A stretch of 24,802 nt of DNA from an uncultured virus (IMG/VR IMGVR_UViG_3300037195_000767) (IMGVR_UViG_3300037195_000767); one strand, 5' to 3'; shown: positions 1 through 7,294, counted from the first letter of the stretch. The notes: generated from the sequence alone by a model not told the origin. Numbers and translations: made by a program.

Positions 1-408
1 TCTAGTTCTCATCAGTATAGCTATTAATGCCTTATCAGGTAATGATTTAAGATCTAAATGAAAACTATCTAATTTAACTCTATCATTCTTTTTCATGTAT
101 TTATCCACTCTACCTAGTTTTCTCATAAACTCTTCTGGACTATTAGCATCAGCTAATGAATTTAATATATCATTTGGTTTTTCATTTAACATATTATCTT
201 TATCTTTTGGAACTTTAACTTCTATATTTACTGATATATTACTTAAAATATTATCACTTTTATCTATATCAAGTATTGCCTCACATATGCCATTTATAGA
301 ATCTTTGTATCTTCTAAAATCATCACATATTTTTACTAATTCATTTGTATTACTAAATTTAGATCTTAGTAAATCATAATTCTTATTGTTTATTTGTTGT
401 TTACTCAT
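1..408 (-). CDS. hypothetical protein, 3'-truncated by window edge
   Basis: Translated by hand from ATG at 408 (MSKQQINNKNYDLLRSKFSNTNELVKNMCDDF...). It stays open to position 1 (136 codons) and is co-oriented with neighbouring minus-strand genes. It is absent from the ORF track because it has no stop in the window. Confidence 0.75.
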   Translation of the reverse strand, partial: MSKQQINNKNYDLLRSKFSNTNELVKICDDFRRYKDSINGICEAILDIDKSDNILSNISVNIEVKVPKDKDNMLNEKPNDILNSLADANSPEEFMRKLGRVDKYMKKNDRVKLDSFHLDLKSLPDKALIAILMRTR

Positions 409-437
409 AATGTTGTGTGTTATAAATTAATAATATG

Positions 438-836
438 TTAAAAGTCGTGTTTATCATCACCCATTGTTTCTTTAAATCCTTCTCTATTTAATTCCATATT
501 GGATAGATTAATATCTGAATCTGATCCAAAAGCTCTCCTTAATAGACTATTAAACATTTCTTTCATTAAACCAGGAGGAATATCTGCATCTCTAACATGA
601 CTAATCAATTGTTCTGTTCCATTTAATCCTCCTAATATTACACCTACAGCTAATAAATCTTCTGGACTTTGTGGATCATACTTATTTAATGTGTCTTCTA
701 AAGCTTCTGTTTTTTGTTTTTCTCCATTTTGTAATTTTTCTCTCATATATTTAGCAACATCATCCATATTAATAGATGTCTTTATTGCTTTATGTAAACT
801 ACTAGCTTTATGATTAAATTTTATATTATACTTCAT
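438..836 (-). CDS. hypothetical protein (132 aa)
   Basis: ORF track; overlaps the upstream gene in an operon-like way; no recognisable motif. Confidence 0.75.
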   Translation of the reverse strand: MKYNIKFNHKASSLHKAIKTSINMDDVAKYMREKLQNGEKQKTEALEDTLNKYDPQSPEDLLAVGVILGGLNGTEQLISHVRDADIPPGLMKEMFNSLLRRAFGSDSDINLSNMELNREGFKETMGDDKHDF

Positions 837-1389
837 CTTTCTTGTCTGTTTTATTATTAATATTCTCTATCATATCACATACTAATTGATATTTTGAACT
901 ATCTATTTCATCAACCATTGTTTCTTTCTTTATAATAGACATACCTTCTAATTTATTCTCTACTATTATATGACCGTGGCCTTGAAATACCTTATAAATA
1001 TTTTCTCCTGGTAATACTACATAAGTAGCAACATTTACTAGTTTATTATTTATTTTATAAGGTATTACTTCTCTTGTAATTATATCTCCTGGTATAACTG
1101 ATCCAATAAACTCTTTTGCTTTATTGGGTGTTATTCTTCTCCAAACAGGATTACCATTTTTATTTAATGATTGAAACATTATTCTTGATCTATGTAAAGA
1201 CAACGGTGAATGGATACTCATAAAATCTATGATGTAATATTTTATAGGCTCTGATTGATCAGAATCTGTAATATTAATATATCCATCCACTCCAGACTCA
1301 TCCTGAAGAATTTCAGCATCAGGATTGTCTGACAGTCTTACATTTACTACTTCTATCTCTTTATTGTCTTTTATAAATTCAACTTTCAT
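826..1389 (-). CDS. hypothetical protein (187 aa)
   Basis: ORF track; 11-nt overlaps with both neighbours. Confidence 0.75.
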   Translation of the reverse strand: MKVEFIKDNKEIEVVNVRLSDNPDAEILQDESGVDGYINITDSDQSEPIKYYIIDFMSIHSPLSLHRSRIMFQSLNKNGNPVWRRITPNKAKEFIGSVIPGDIITREVIPYKINNKLVNVATYVVLPGENIYKVFQGHGHIIVENKLEGMSIIKKETMVDEIDSSKYQLVCDMIENINNKTDKKDEV

Positions 1390-1744
1390 TGTACTTACTG
1401 TTAAGTTTCTCTACTTTCTTTAAAAATTCTTTCTGAGCTTTAGGTGAACTTAAATCTACTAAACCTACATCTTTCATACTTGTAGGTTTCTTTATACTAG
1501 GCACACCACCATTCATTTTATTAGATACTTTGATTTCTTCAGCATCTACCTTCATAGTATTACCAGCAATGTCAGCTAAATCTTTTAATACTTTTGTTGT
1601 CTTACAACACAGATCAGCATTCTTTTGAATAAATTCTCTGTTATCTTTAACTATATCAAATATAGTATTAACTGTATTTAATAATGATTTCATACCTTTT
1701 TGTAAAGATACAATTTCTTTTCTTAATTCTTCTTGTGTGTTCAT
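1379..1744 (-). CDS. hypothetical protein with N-terminal coiled coil (121 aa)
   Basis: ORF track; heptad-like N-terminus; ATGA-type overlap with the upstream gene. Confidence 0.75.
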   Translation of the reverse strand: MNTQEELRKEIVSLQKGMKSLLNTVNTIFDIVKDNREFIQKNADLCCKTTKVLKDLADIAGNTMKVDAEEIKVSNKMNGGVPSIKKPTSMKDVGLVDLSSPKAQKEFLKKVEKLNSKYNES

Positions 1745-1923
1745 CTTTTTATCTTTTTTTTATACATTTCTATGTAATCTAATACGTGTTTCGCATAGAT
1801 TGTGTAATATGTTCCACCATCAAACTCAAATTTCTCCACCTTCTCTTTTACGGCTCTATCATATGCTATCTTGAGTTCTCTACCCTTATCGATTAACATA
1901 CTAACCATTTTCATATGTCCCAT
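1741..1923 (-). CDS. small hypothetical phage protein (60 aa)
   Basis: ORF track; AT-rich leader before ATG; 'Y..AV....E.F.F.G......YAK.V..Y' pattern resembles small phage hypotheticals. Confidence 0.7.
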   Translation of the reverse strand: MGHMKMVSMLIDKGRELKIAYDRAVKEKVEKFEFDGGTYYTIYAKHVLDYIEMYKKKIKR

Positions 1924-1946
1924 AATATTTGTTTTAATGTTATAAA

Positions 1947-2028
1947 ATGAACAAGAGAGATTGCATAACCGTATATGTACTACTAACGCAATATTTCATA
2001 CAACTATCTAGTTCTCTCTCTTGTTCAT
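1947..2028 (-). repeat. perfect 14-bp inverted repeat enclosing a 54-nt loop
   Basis: ATGAACAAGAGAGA (1947-1960) / TCTCTCTTGTTCAT (2015-2028), intergenic. Confidence 0.85.
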
Positions 2029-2035
2029 ATTTTAT

Positions 2036-2722
2036 TTATCTCTTAGGTTCTATTTTATCTTTATCGAATAAATTAGGACCATCATAACTCCAATGTCCTG
2101 TTACATTCCAGTTAAATAAACAGTCATCCATATTTTGTCCTGCTCCTATGTTATGAACTACCATATAATTACCACTTGGTCCTATTTTATCTACAACAAT
2201 ACCAATATGATTATTAATACCTATTCTCCAAGTTACCAAATCTCCAGGACTGTAATATTTATTGTTCATCCCTTTAATCTTTTTATCTGCATATTTATCA
2301 AAGAAATTCATCATATTAGGCACTCTTCTATGTGATATATTTTTATTAGCCTTTTCTTTATAATGTTCAGGATTTGATAACATATCTTTAATTATTAATT
2401 CTTGTAAATCAATACCTAATTTACGATATGCTCTTATAACTACATCAGTACAAACTCCTATCTTTTCATTAACATCTCCCATTGGATAGTTTATCTTATA
2501 ATATGATCCATCATAAATTATAGACCCATCCACTATACTTTTTGCAGCCTTTGATAACTCTGGATTGCCTTTTATATTAGTGTCTACTAATATCTTATCA
2601 TCATGTACTTTATGTTCAGTTTTAGCTTCACATGAAATACAACAAAATAGTACTATTACTGCTATAAGTAGCAACCAATATTTACAAAATGCTATCAATT
2701 CTCTTTTTATTATCTTCTTCAC
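2036..2722 (-). CDS. DUF1287 (YijF-like) NlpC/P60-superfamily protein with signal/lipoprotein leader
   Basis: Signature YDGSY..I.YP.GDV....GVCTDVVIRAYR..GIDLQ...HRRVPN....PGD.V.W....HIGIV.....VVHNIG.G. The N-terminus is basic then hydrophobic and ends in Cys residues (LFCCISC). GTG start. Confidence 0.85.
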   Translation of the reverse strand: MKKIIKRELIAFCKYWLLLIAVIVLFCCISCEAKTEHKVHDDKILVDTNIKGNPELSKAAKSIVDGSIIYDGSYYKINYPMGDVNEKIGVCTDVVIRAYRKLGIDLQELIIKDMLSNPEHYKEKANKNISHRRVPNMMNFFDKYADKKIKGMNNKYYSPGDLVTWRIGINNHIGIVVDKIGPSGNYMVVHNIGAGQNMDDCLFNWNVTGHWSYDGPNLFDKDKIEPKR

Positions 2723-2754
2723 GATTTCTAATTGTTAGTTAATATTCTAGTTAA

Positions 2755-2889
2755 TTATATGTAGCACCACATAGCCATAAACATTAATAATGCGTATGCT
2801 AATGCTGCTACTATTAATATTGTATTGACTATGTATACTGCTAAATCAGATCTTTTGATCCTTCTTACTGTCTTTATTATTGTCTTCAT
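2755..2889 (-). CDS. small membrane protein (44 aa)
   Basis: Hand-translated MKTIIKTVRRIKRSDLAVYIVNTILIVAALAYALLMFMAMWCYI*; its ATG overlaps the upstream TGA (TGATG); one TM helix. Confidence 0.65.
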   Translation of the reverse strand: MKTIIKTVRRIKRSDLAVYIVNTILIVAALAYALLMFMAMWCYI

Positions 2890-3074
2890 CACTCTTTATC
2901 TTTTAAAGGCAGTTTATTATGTATTTCTAATGTGAATATTGTGAATGGTAAAGCAAATACAAATGTTCTGCCTCTTACCATCTTCTCTGTTAATATAAAT
3001 ACTCCTATTATAGGACCAAACTCTATTTTTAAGTTTATCTTTTTACTTATGTCTAAATTTATTGTTGATTCCAC
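2889..3074 (-). CDS. small hypothetical protein (61 aa)
   Basis: ORF track; GTG start preceded by the same TAGAAATC leader as the 2722 GTG start; coupled to the next gene. Confidence 0.6.
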   Translation of the reverse strand: MESTINLDISKKINLKIEFGPIIGVFILTEKMVRGRTFVFALPFTIFTLEIHNKLPLKDKE

Positions 3075-3165
3075 GATTTCTATGTTTTAGTTGTGCGTTA
3101 TTATTCTTTTTCTTGTTTCTTTTATCTTTTAATACATGTTGCCATCTAATGTCTATTGCTTTCAT
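3043..3165 (-). CDS. small basic peptide (40 aa)
   Basis: Hand-translated MKAIDIRWQHVLKDKRNKKKNNNAQLKHRNRGINNKFRHK*; leader TTAAAACATTTAATT-ATG resembles leaders of neighbouring genes. Confidence 0.45.
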   Translation of the reverse strand: MKAIDIRWQHVLKDKRNKKKNNNAQLKHRNRGINNKFRHK

Positions 3166-3290
3166 AATTAAATGTTTTAATATCCATTACAAATACATTA
3201 GCGTACTTTAACTAGTATATTTACTCGCCACAGCTTTAATCGCCAACCCAGAGCGTCGGGCTTCAATGTATTTATAAGGATAATGTTATT

Positions 3291-3374
3291 TTAATTGATA
3301 TCATCATCTAAGTTACCATTATAAACTACTAATGCCGTATAATAGATGAGGATACATATTAGTATTACTATCAT
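3291..3374 (-). CDS. small hydrophobic peptide (27 aa)
   Basis: Hand-translated MIVILICILIYYTALVVYNGNLDDDIN*; leader TTAAAACATATCAATT-ATG nearly identical to that of the 3165 ORF. Confidence 0.45.
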   Translation of the reverse strand: MIVILICILIYYTALVVYNGNLDDDIN

Positions 3375-3402
3375 AATTGATATGTTTTAATTGTTAAATA
3401 TT

Positions 3403-3771
3403 AAGAGTGAGAATAATGGTGTAAAGTTTGGACTACCTTTATACCTTACGAATGTCTGACCATTATCTCTCAAGCTCACTCTTTTATCTAATTAGTATTT
3501 TTCCATGATGATATATCATTTAAGGTTATTAAAGTAAACCTGATACTAATTAGTTAAATAAATCATCACAGCATATCTCAATGCATCTCTTACAGCAAGC
3601 GCCAATAAGTGTTTTTCTTTTAAAGGGAATTCCCGACTAAACATCAGTATACATCCTATTAAACTATGTTATGATTTAATGTTATGGCTATACTATACTA
3701 ATGATAGCCTTATAATTTGTAGTTAAGAAATGAACAAACATAGTCAATTAAGACTATGCTTGCTCAGTTTC
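3403..3771 (-). ncRNA. candidate structured non-coding RNA region (tandem long stem-loops)
   Basis: Back-to-back stems at 3403-3483, 3488-3553, 3559-3678, 3686-3709 and 3727-3771. The last pairs over 19 bp, with two G-U pairs that work only on the minus strand. No convincing ORF. Confidence 0.5.
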
Positions 3772-3956
3772 ATTCAGATTAGGCATTAAACTGTTCGATT
3801 GTGTTTAAAACCATAAGGCTTACGTTGCTTATGGTAACAATGGATACATAGTTCTCCGTATAATCTGGGAGATATAGTGAACAGACTACGTTCTGCTCTA
3901 TCATCTATCAAAGTAGTGATAGTAGTTAGTAATAGTCTGTAGATTCTCCTGTTATA

Positions 3957-4008
3957 AGTGGCAAAGGCCACTAAGGCCCGAAGGCCTGAGGCTACGCAAA
4001 TCGTAGCC
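3957..4008 (-). other. three adjacent GC-rich hairpins at the 3' end of the 80-aa gene (terminator or processing signal)
   Basis: AGTGGC-AAAG-GCCACT (3957-3972); AGGCC-CGAA-GGCCT (3974-3987), which reads as a C(UUCG)G tetraloop on the minus strand; GGCTACG-CAAAT-CGTAGCC (3990-4008). Confidence 0.6.
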
Positions 4009-4234
4009 ATGTGAAGCTAATCACTTCCCCAGTCTCTTCGTCTGTCACTTCACTAGTCACTGTCGATACTATTGTAGCATTTGGAATGTTTAGTTCGTCG
4101 CCTATTTCTGGCTCTAAACCTTCAGCTAGATTAATAAAACCTGTTGTTGATTGGACAATGTCGCCCATCTTTTGGTCTACTGCAACTGATGCAGATTTGC
4201 CCGATTGTGATACATACAAAACTTTTGCTTTCAT
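3992..4234 (-). CDS. small acidic hypothetical protein (80 aa), first gene of the leftward unit
   Basis: ORF track; AT-rich leader before ATG; beta-strand-rich sequence; locally higher GC than flanks. Confidence 0.7.
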   Translation of the reverse strand: MKAKVLYVSQSGKSASVAVDQKMGDIVQSTTGFINLAEGLEPEIGDELNIPNATIVSTVTSEVTDEETGEVISFTWLRFA

Positions 4235-4384
4235 AATTAATACTTTTTAATTAAATTACACATGGGGAATATCCCCACACAAAACTGAGTGGGAGTCTTT
4301 GATAATAGTGGGTTATGATCTCGTATATATATATATATTTTTAAATTTTTTTATTAATTATTTTTTTATTTAATTTATTAGTTG

Positions 4385-4392
4385 TATATTTG
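4385..4392 (+). promoter_or_regulatory. Bacteroidota sigmaA-type -7 element (TAnnTTTG)
   Basis: TATATTTG directly after a ~60-nt A/T-only tract and upstream of a structured non-coding region. Confidence 0.55.
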
Positions 4393-4414
4393 CCTATCAC
4401 TTCTTTTAATGAAG

Positions 4415-4596
4415 GACACCTCGCCAAGAAAACAAATGATATGAAGCGGGGCTACTACGTCTTATGTTATATACAAATCATACTATATAACACGACTGTT
4501 CTTAATTGAGCAGAAAAGATCCATGGAGATCTCTTCTTCGGAAGTTCTTGGGAAAATTCAAACGACACAAAAAATTGGGAGGGGATAAGGTGTCGT
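4415..4596 (+). ncRNA. candidate structured ncRNA / leader
   Basis: Multibranch pairing: CCAAGAA 4424-30 with TTCTTGG 4545-51; TGTTATATA 4465-73 with TATATAACA 4484-92; CTTC-TTCG-GAAG 4533-44; ACGACAC 4562-68 with GTGTCGT 4590-96. Confidence 0.5.
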
Positions 4597-4622
4597 GTAT
4601 TCAAAATAAAAATCAAAAAAGT

Positions 4623-4653
4623 TTTGGAGTTTCGAATAATTGTTATATATTTG
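4623..4653 (+). promoter_or_regulatory. Bacteroidota sigmaA promoter (-33 TTTG, 19-nt spacer, -7 TATATTTG)
   Basis: TTTG 4623-4626 and TATATTTG 4646-4653 match the consensus spacing; ATG at 4658. Confidence 0.75.
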
Positions 4654-4657
4654 CAGT

Positions 4658-5023
4658 ATGAAACGTATAAAGAAACAAAAAATAAGTAGAAAAAACTTCT
4701 ATCCTCAATACCTTAAATTAATTAATGTTATATTACCAGAACCATTAACTCAGAAAGAAATAGATATACTATCTGCCTTTATGGAACTAGATGGAGATAT
4801 AGCAAATAATGATCGTTTTGGTACTCAAGCTAGAAAATTAGTAAGGGAACGTTTTATGTTTAAATCTAATTCTAATTTAGATAACTATATAAAGTATTTT
4901 AAAAGAAAGGGGGTTTTATATATAGATGATTCTGGTATATTACAGGTTGTTGATAGTATAAATATACCAAAAGAGGAGAAAGAAGTTGAATTAACTTTTA
5001 ATTTTACATTCAATGAAAAATAA
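4658..5023 (+). CDS. putative winged-helix DNA-binding protein
   Basis: LTQKEIDIL...RKLVRERF....SNLDNYIKYFKRKGVLY resembles a wHTH. ATG 4658 is preferred over the TTG at 4640, which lies inside the promoter. Confidence 0.6.
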   Translation: MKRIKKQKISRKNFYPQYLKLINVILPEPLTQKEIDILSAFMELDGDIANNDRFGTQARKLVRERFMFKSNSNLDNYIKYFKRKGVLYIDDSGILQVVDSINIPKEEKEVELTFNFTFNEK

Positions 5024-5246
5024 AGAAACAGCAAATTGTGGTTTCGATGAACTTATAAAGTTAGGTAAAAAAGAAATATCTAAAAAAAATAATAAAGCTT
5101 CTTTATTAATATTAAATCCATTAGGATCTATGGTTTTACAGGAGTTATTAGAGTTAGAAGATACAATGGAATTACCTAAAACATATAAAGGATTAGAGAT
5201 TGTTTATACACAAGATCAGTATGCGGAAGTTGCAAGAGTTTATTAA
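5013..5246 (+). CDS. hypothetical protein (77 aa)
   Basis: ORF track; overlapping operon arrangement. Confidence 0.65.
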   Translation: MKNKETANCGFDELIKLGKKEISKKNNKASLLILNPLGSMVLQELLELEDTMELPKTYKGLEIVYTQDQYAEVARVY

Positions 5247-5481
5247 AAATTTGGCAGAAGAAAAAAATTTATCTATATTTGCAGTAGAATCTGTAATAAG
5301 TCATCAATTTAAATTTTTAAAAAAATGTATGCAGAGTGACGATTTACCAGATATATATTTAAAGAATCTAGGTAGATTTAAGATAAAAAAGAAAAGATTA
5401 GAATGGATGATAGATGAATTAAAAAAGGATAAAAATAATAATATAGATAAACTTAAAAAAGCAATAAATGTCAGAAAATAA
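5221..5481 (+). CDS. HU/IHF-like DNA-binding protein
   Basis: MRKLQEFIKNLAEEKNLS...VESVISHQFKFLKKCM.....IYLKNLGRFKIK matches the HU/IHF helix-helix-strand (lxxfGxF) pattern. IHF-like genes are typical of crAss-like structural blocks. ATG at 5221. Confidence 0.7.
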   Translation: MRKLQEFIKNLAEEKNLSIFAVESVISHQFKFLKKCMQSDDLPDIYLKNLGRFKIKKKRLEWMIDELKKDKNNNIDKLKKAINVRK

Positions 5482-5698
5482 AAATCTAAACCAAAATTCT
5501 ATAGACTTAGCTATAACTTACTGGCAATCTAAAAAAGCTTTAGCTGCTAAATCAATTGTGGATCTTATAGATGATGCTGCTGAAGATAGTATTGATGAAT
5601 ATGAAAGTAGAATGAGAAATTCAGTAAATGATTTTCATATAGCAAATGATGTATTAACAACTTTAAAAAATATAGAAGATGACAACAAAAAAAAGTAA
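5468..5698 (+). CDS. hypothetical protein (76 aa)
   Basis: ORF track; overlapping operon arrangement. Confidence 0.7.
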   Translation: MSENKNLNQNSIDLAITYWQSKKALAAKSIVDLIDDAAEDSIDEYESRMRNSVNDFHIANDVLTTLKNIEDDNKKK

Positions 5699-5915
5699 AT
5701 ATTATTATGATATAGATAGGAATCTAGATTCATCAAGAGGTATTAATATTGTATTTTGTAAAACTTGTAAAACTTGTCCTGCAATAAATATTCATAAAGA
5801 TGTAGATAATGTTGTATTAGGAGGAGAAGATGAAGGATTTAGTATCTGGACTAAAGATCAATTCAAAGAAATGGTAGAAGAAATTAAAAAAGGTAAATTC
5901 GATGAGTATATTTAA
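5679..5915 (+). CDS. small Cys-motif protein (CxxCxxCP)
   Basis: FCKTCKTCPAI; ORF track. Confidence 0.65.
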   Translation: MTTKKSKYYYDIDRNLDSSRGINIVFCKTCKTCPAINIHKDVDNVVLGGEDEGFSIWTKDQFKEMVEEIKKGKFDEYI

Positions 5916-6282
5916 AAATATTAAAGACGGATGGTCTAATTATTTAAATGCTTTTAGTGAGCATAAAGGTAGTGTAGATCCAAAAATAGAAAACATAGCA
6001 AGAGAAAGAGCTAATATATGTAAAGAATGTCCAGAATTAGTAACATCTGGATTTTTTAAATTAGTTAATCAAATAATAAGAAAACCTGATGGTACACAAA
6101 ATGAGAAAAAAATACTACACACATCTCCTACAAATACTGTAGCTGATGAAAGTATGTGGGATGGTAATACATACAAATGTGGTCAATGTGGTTGCGCATT
6201 TCCAGCAAATGTTTATTCTCCAGGAAAAACATGTCCTATGGGTAAATGGGATGGATACGAATTAGAAACTAAAGAATTTTAA
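5902..6282 (+). CDS. putative Zn-binding protein
   Basis: R..ICKECP ... CGQCGC ... CPMGKW, a Cys-cluster pattern common in small phage proteins. Confidence 0.7.
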   Translation: MSIFKNIKDGWSNYLNAFSEHKGSVDPKIENIARERANICKECPELVTSGFFKLVNQIIRKPDGTQNEKKILHTSPTNTVADESMWDGNTYKCGQCGCAFPANVYSPGKTCPMGKWDGYELETKEF

Positions 6283-6283
6283 A

Positions 6284-6559
6284 ATGAAAGAAATAGAAAT
6301 GGTACGTGACAATATATTAGTAAATGTTGAACTACCAAAAACAGAAACAGAAGCTGGTATTATTGTTAATGAAGAAACTGCAGCTCAAATGAGAAAAGAT
6401 ATAGTTGGAGAAATTTTAGCTATAGGACCAGAAGTGGTTAATTTAAAAGAAGGAGATAAGATTTTATTACCTCCTCATGGAAATATTCCTGTATCATATA
6501 AAGGAGGAGTTTATCATGTATTTAGAGAAATTAGTATTTTTGCAAAAGTAAATGGATAA
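6284..6559 (+). CDS. groES: co-chaperonin GroES-like protein
   Basis: DNILV......TETEAGIIV...GEILAIGPEV..LKEGDKIL.......V...G..Y.VFRE..IFA is the Cpn10 pattern, including the mobile loop. Confidence 0.85.
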   Translation: MKEIEMVRDNILVNVELPKTETEAGIIVNEETAAQMRKDIVGEILAIGPEVVNLKEGDKILLPPHGNIPVSYKGGVYHVFREISIFAKVNG

Positions 6560-6746
6560 TTATACAACAACTACTACAGAATATTCTGTAACAATAGTAA
6601 TTGATTCTACAAATAAGAGTGCTATAAGAGCTATAGTCAGAGTTTACTTCGGAGATAATATAAGTGAAGATGATTTAAACGAAGACGGTAGTTATACTAA
6701 GATTCTTAATTTAGATGAAGATGAAATTAAAGCAGATTTAGATTAA
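6552..6746 (+). CDS. hypothetical protein (64 aa)
   Basis: ORF track; TAATG coupling to the next gene. Confidence 0.6.
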   Translation: MDNYTTTTTEYSVTIVIDSTNKSAIRAIVRVYFGDNISEDDLNEDGSYTKILNLDEDEIKADLD

Positions 6747-7294
6747 TGGATTTATTTGATCTAAGAGATTTTAAAGTAACTATATCTCCAAGAGCTTTAC
6801 TTATCCCCGAATTTAGAACTCTATGGGATAGAGACAAAAGTAAAGATAAAGATAAAGCTCTACAAGAATTAGCTTACGTTTATTATTTAAGTGATTTTAA
6901 ATCTCCTTATTTATTATCTTTAGATATGTCTATAGTATCAGATACTGTAGCTAAAGATTTTATGAAAGACGAAAGTTATAAACCCGATCAAGAAGTAGAA
7001 GAAGCTATAAGTAAATATAAAGAATTACAAATAACACCTTCTATGAGATTACTAACCGCATCTTTAACTACCGTTAATAGATTAACAGATTATTTAGAAG
7101 AAGTAGATCTTAATGAAAGGGATGATAAAAATAAACCTATTTATAAGCCTTCTGATATTACAAATAGTCTTAAATCTATTGGTGGTATTGTAGAATCATT
7201 AACAAAAGTTAGAGATCAAGTAGAAAAAGAAATAACAAAATCTGGAACTCTTAGAGGTCAAAGACGTAAAGGTAATAGAGAAGATCCAACATGA
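6746..7294 (+). CDS. conserved crAss-like protein, possible terminase small subunit
   Basis: L.IPEFR.LWDRDKSKDK..A..ELAYVY...DFKSPY resembles the conserved gene found upstream of TerL in crAss-like phages; the TerS role is inference. Confidence 0.55.
   Translation: MDLFDLRDFKVTISPRALLIPEFRTLWDRDKSKDKDKALQELAYVYYLSDFKSPYLLSLDMSIVSDTVAKDFMKDESYKPDQEVEEAISKYKELQITPSMRLLTASLTTVNRLTDYLEEVDLNERDDKNKPIYKPSDITNSLKSIGGIVESLTKVRDQVEKEITKSGTLRGQRRKGNREDPT

Noticed and set aside
95..379. 94-aa plus-strand ORF
   Set aside because: Antisense shadow of the longer minus-strand ORF 1-408; its S/L/F/I-rich composition is typical of reverse-complement frames
2135..2335. 66-aa plus-strand ORF
   Set aside because: Lies antisense within the DUF1287 gene
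3181..3771. CRISPR mini-array, tRNA or hammerhead ribozyme in the stem-loop region
   Set aside because: Stems differ in sequence (no direct repeats), no tRNA T-loop/cloverleaf is visible, and the CUGAUG on the minus strand near 3645 lacks the complete hammerhead core
3786..4010. 74-aa minus-strand ORF
   Set aside because: Starts inside the 80-aa gene, runs through its terminal hairpins and lacks an AT-rich leader; not supported, though not strictly excluded
4011..4250. 79-aa plus-strand ORF
   Set aside because: Antisense shadow of 3992-4234, which has the better start context
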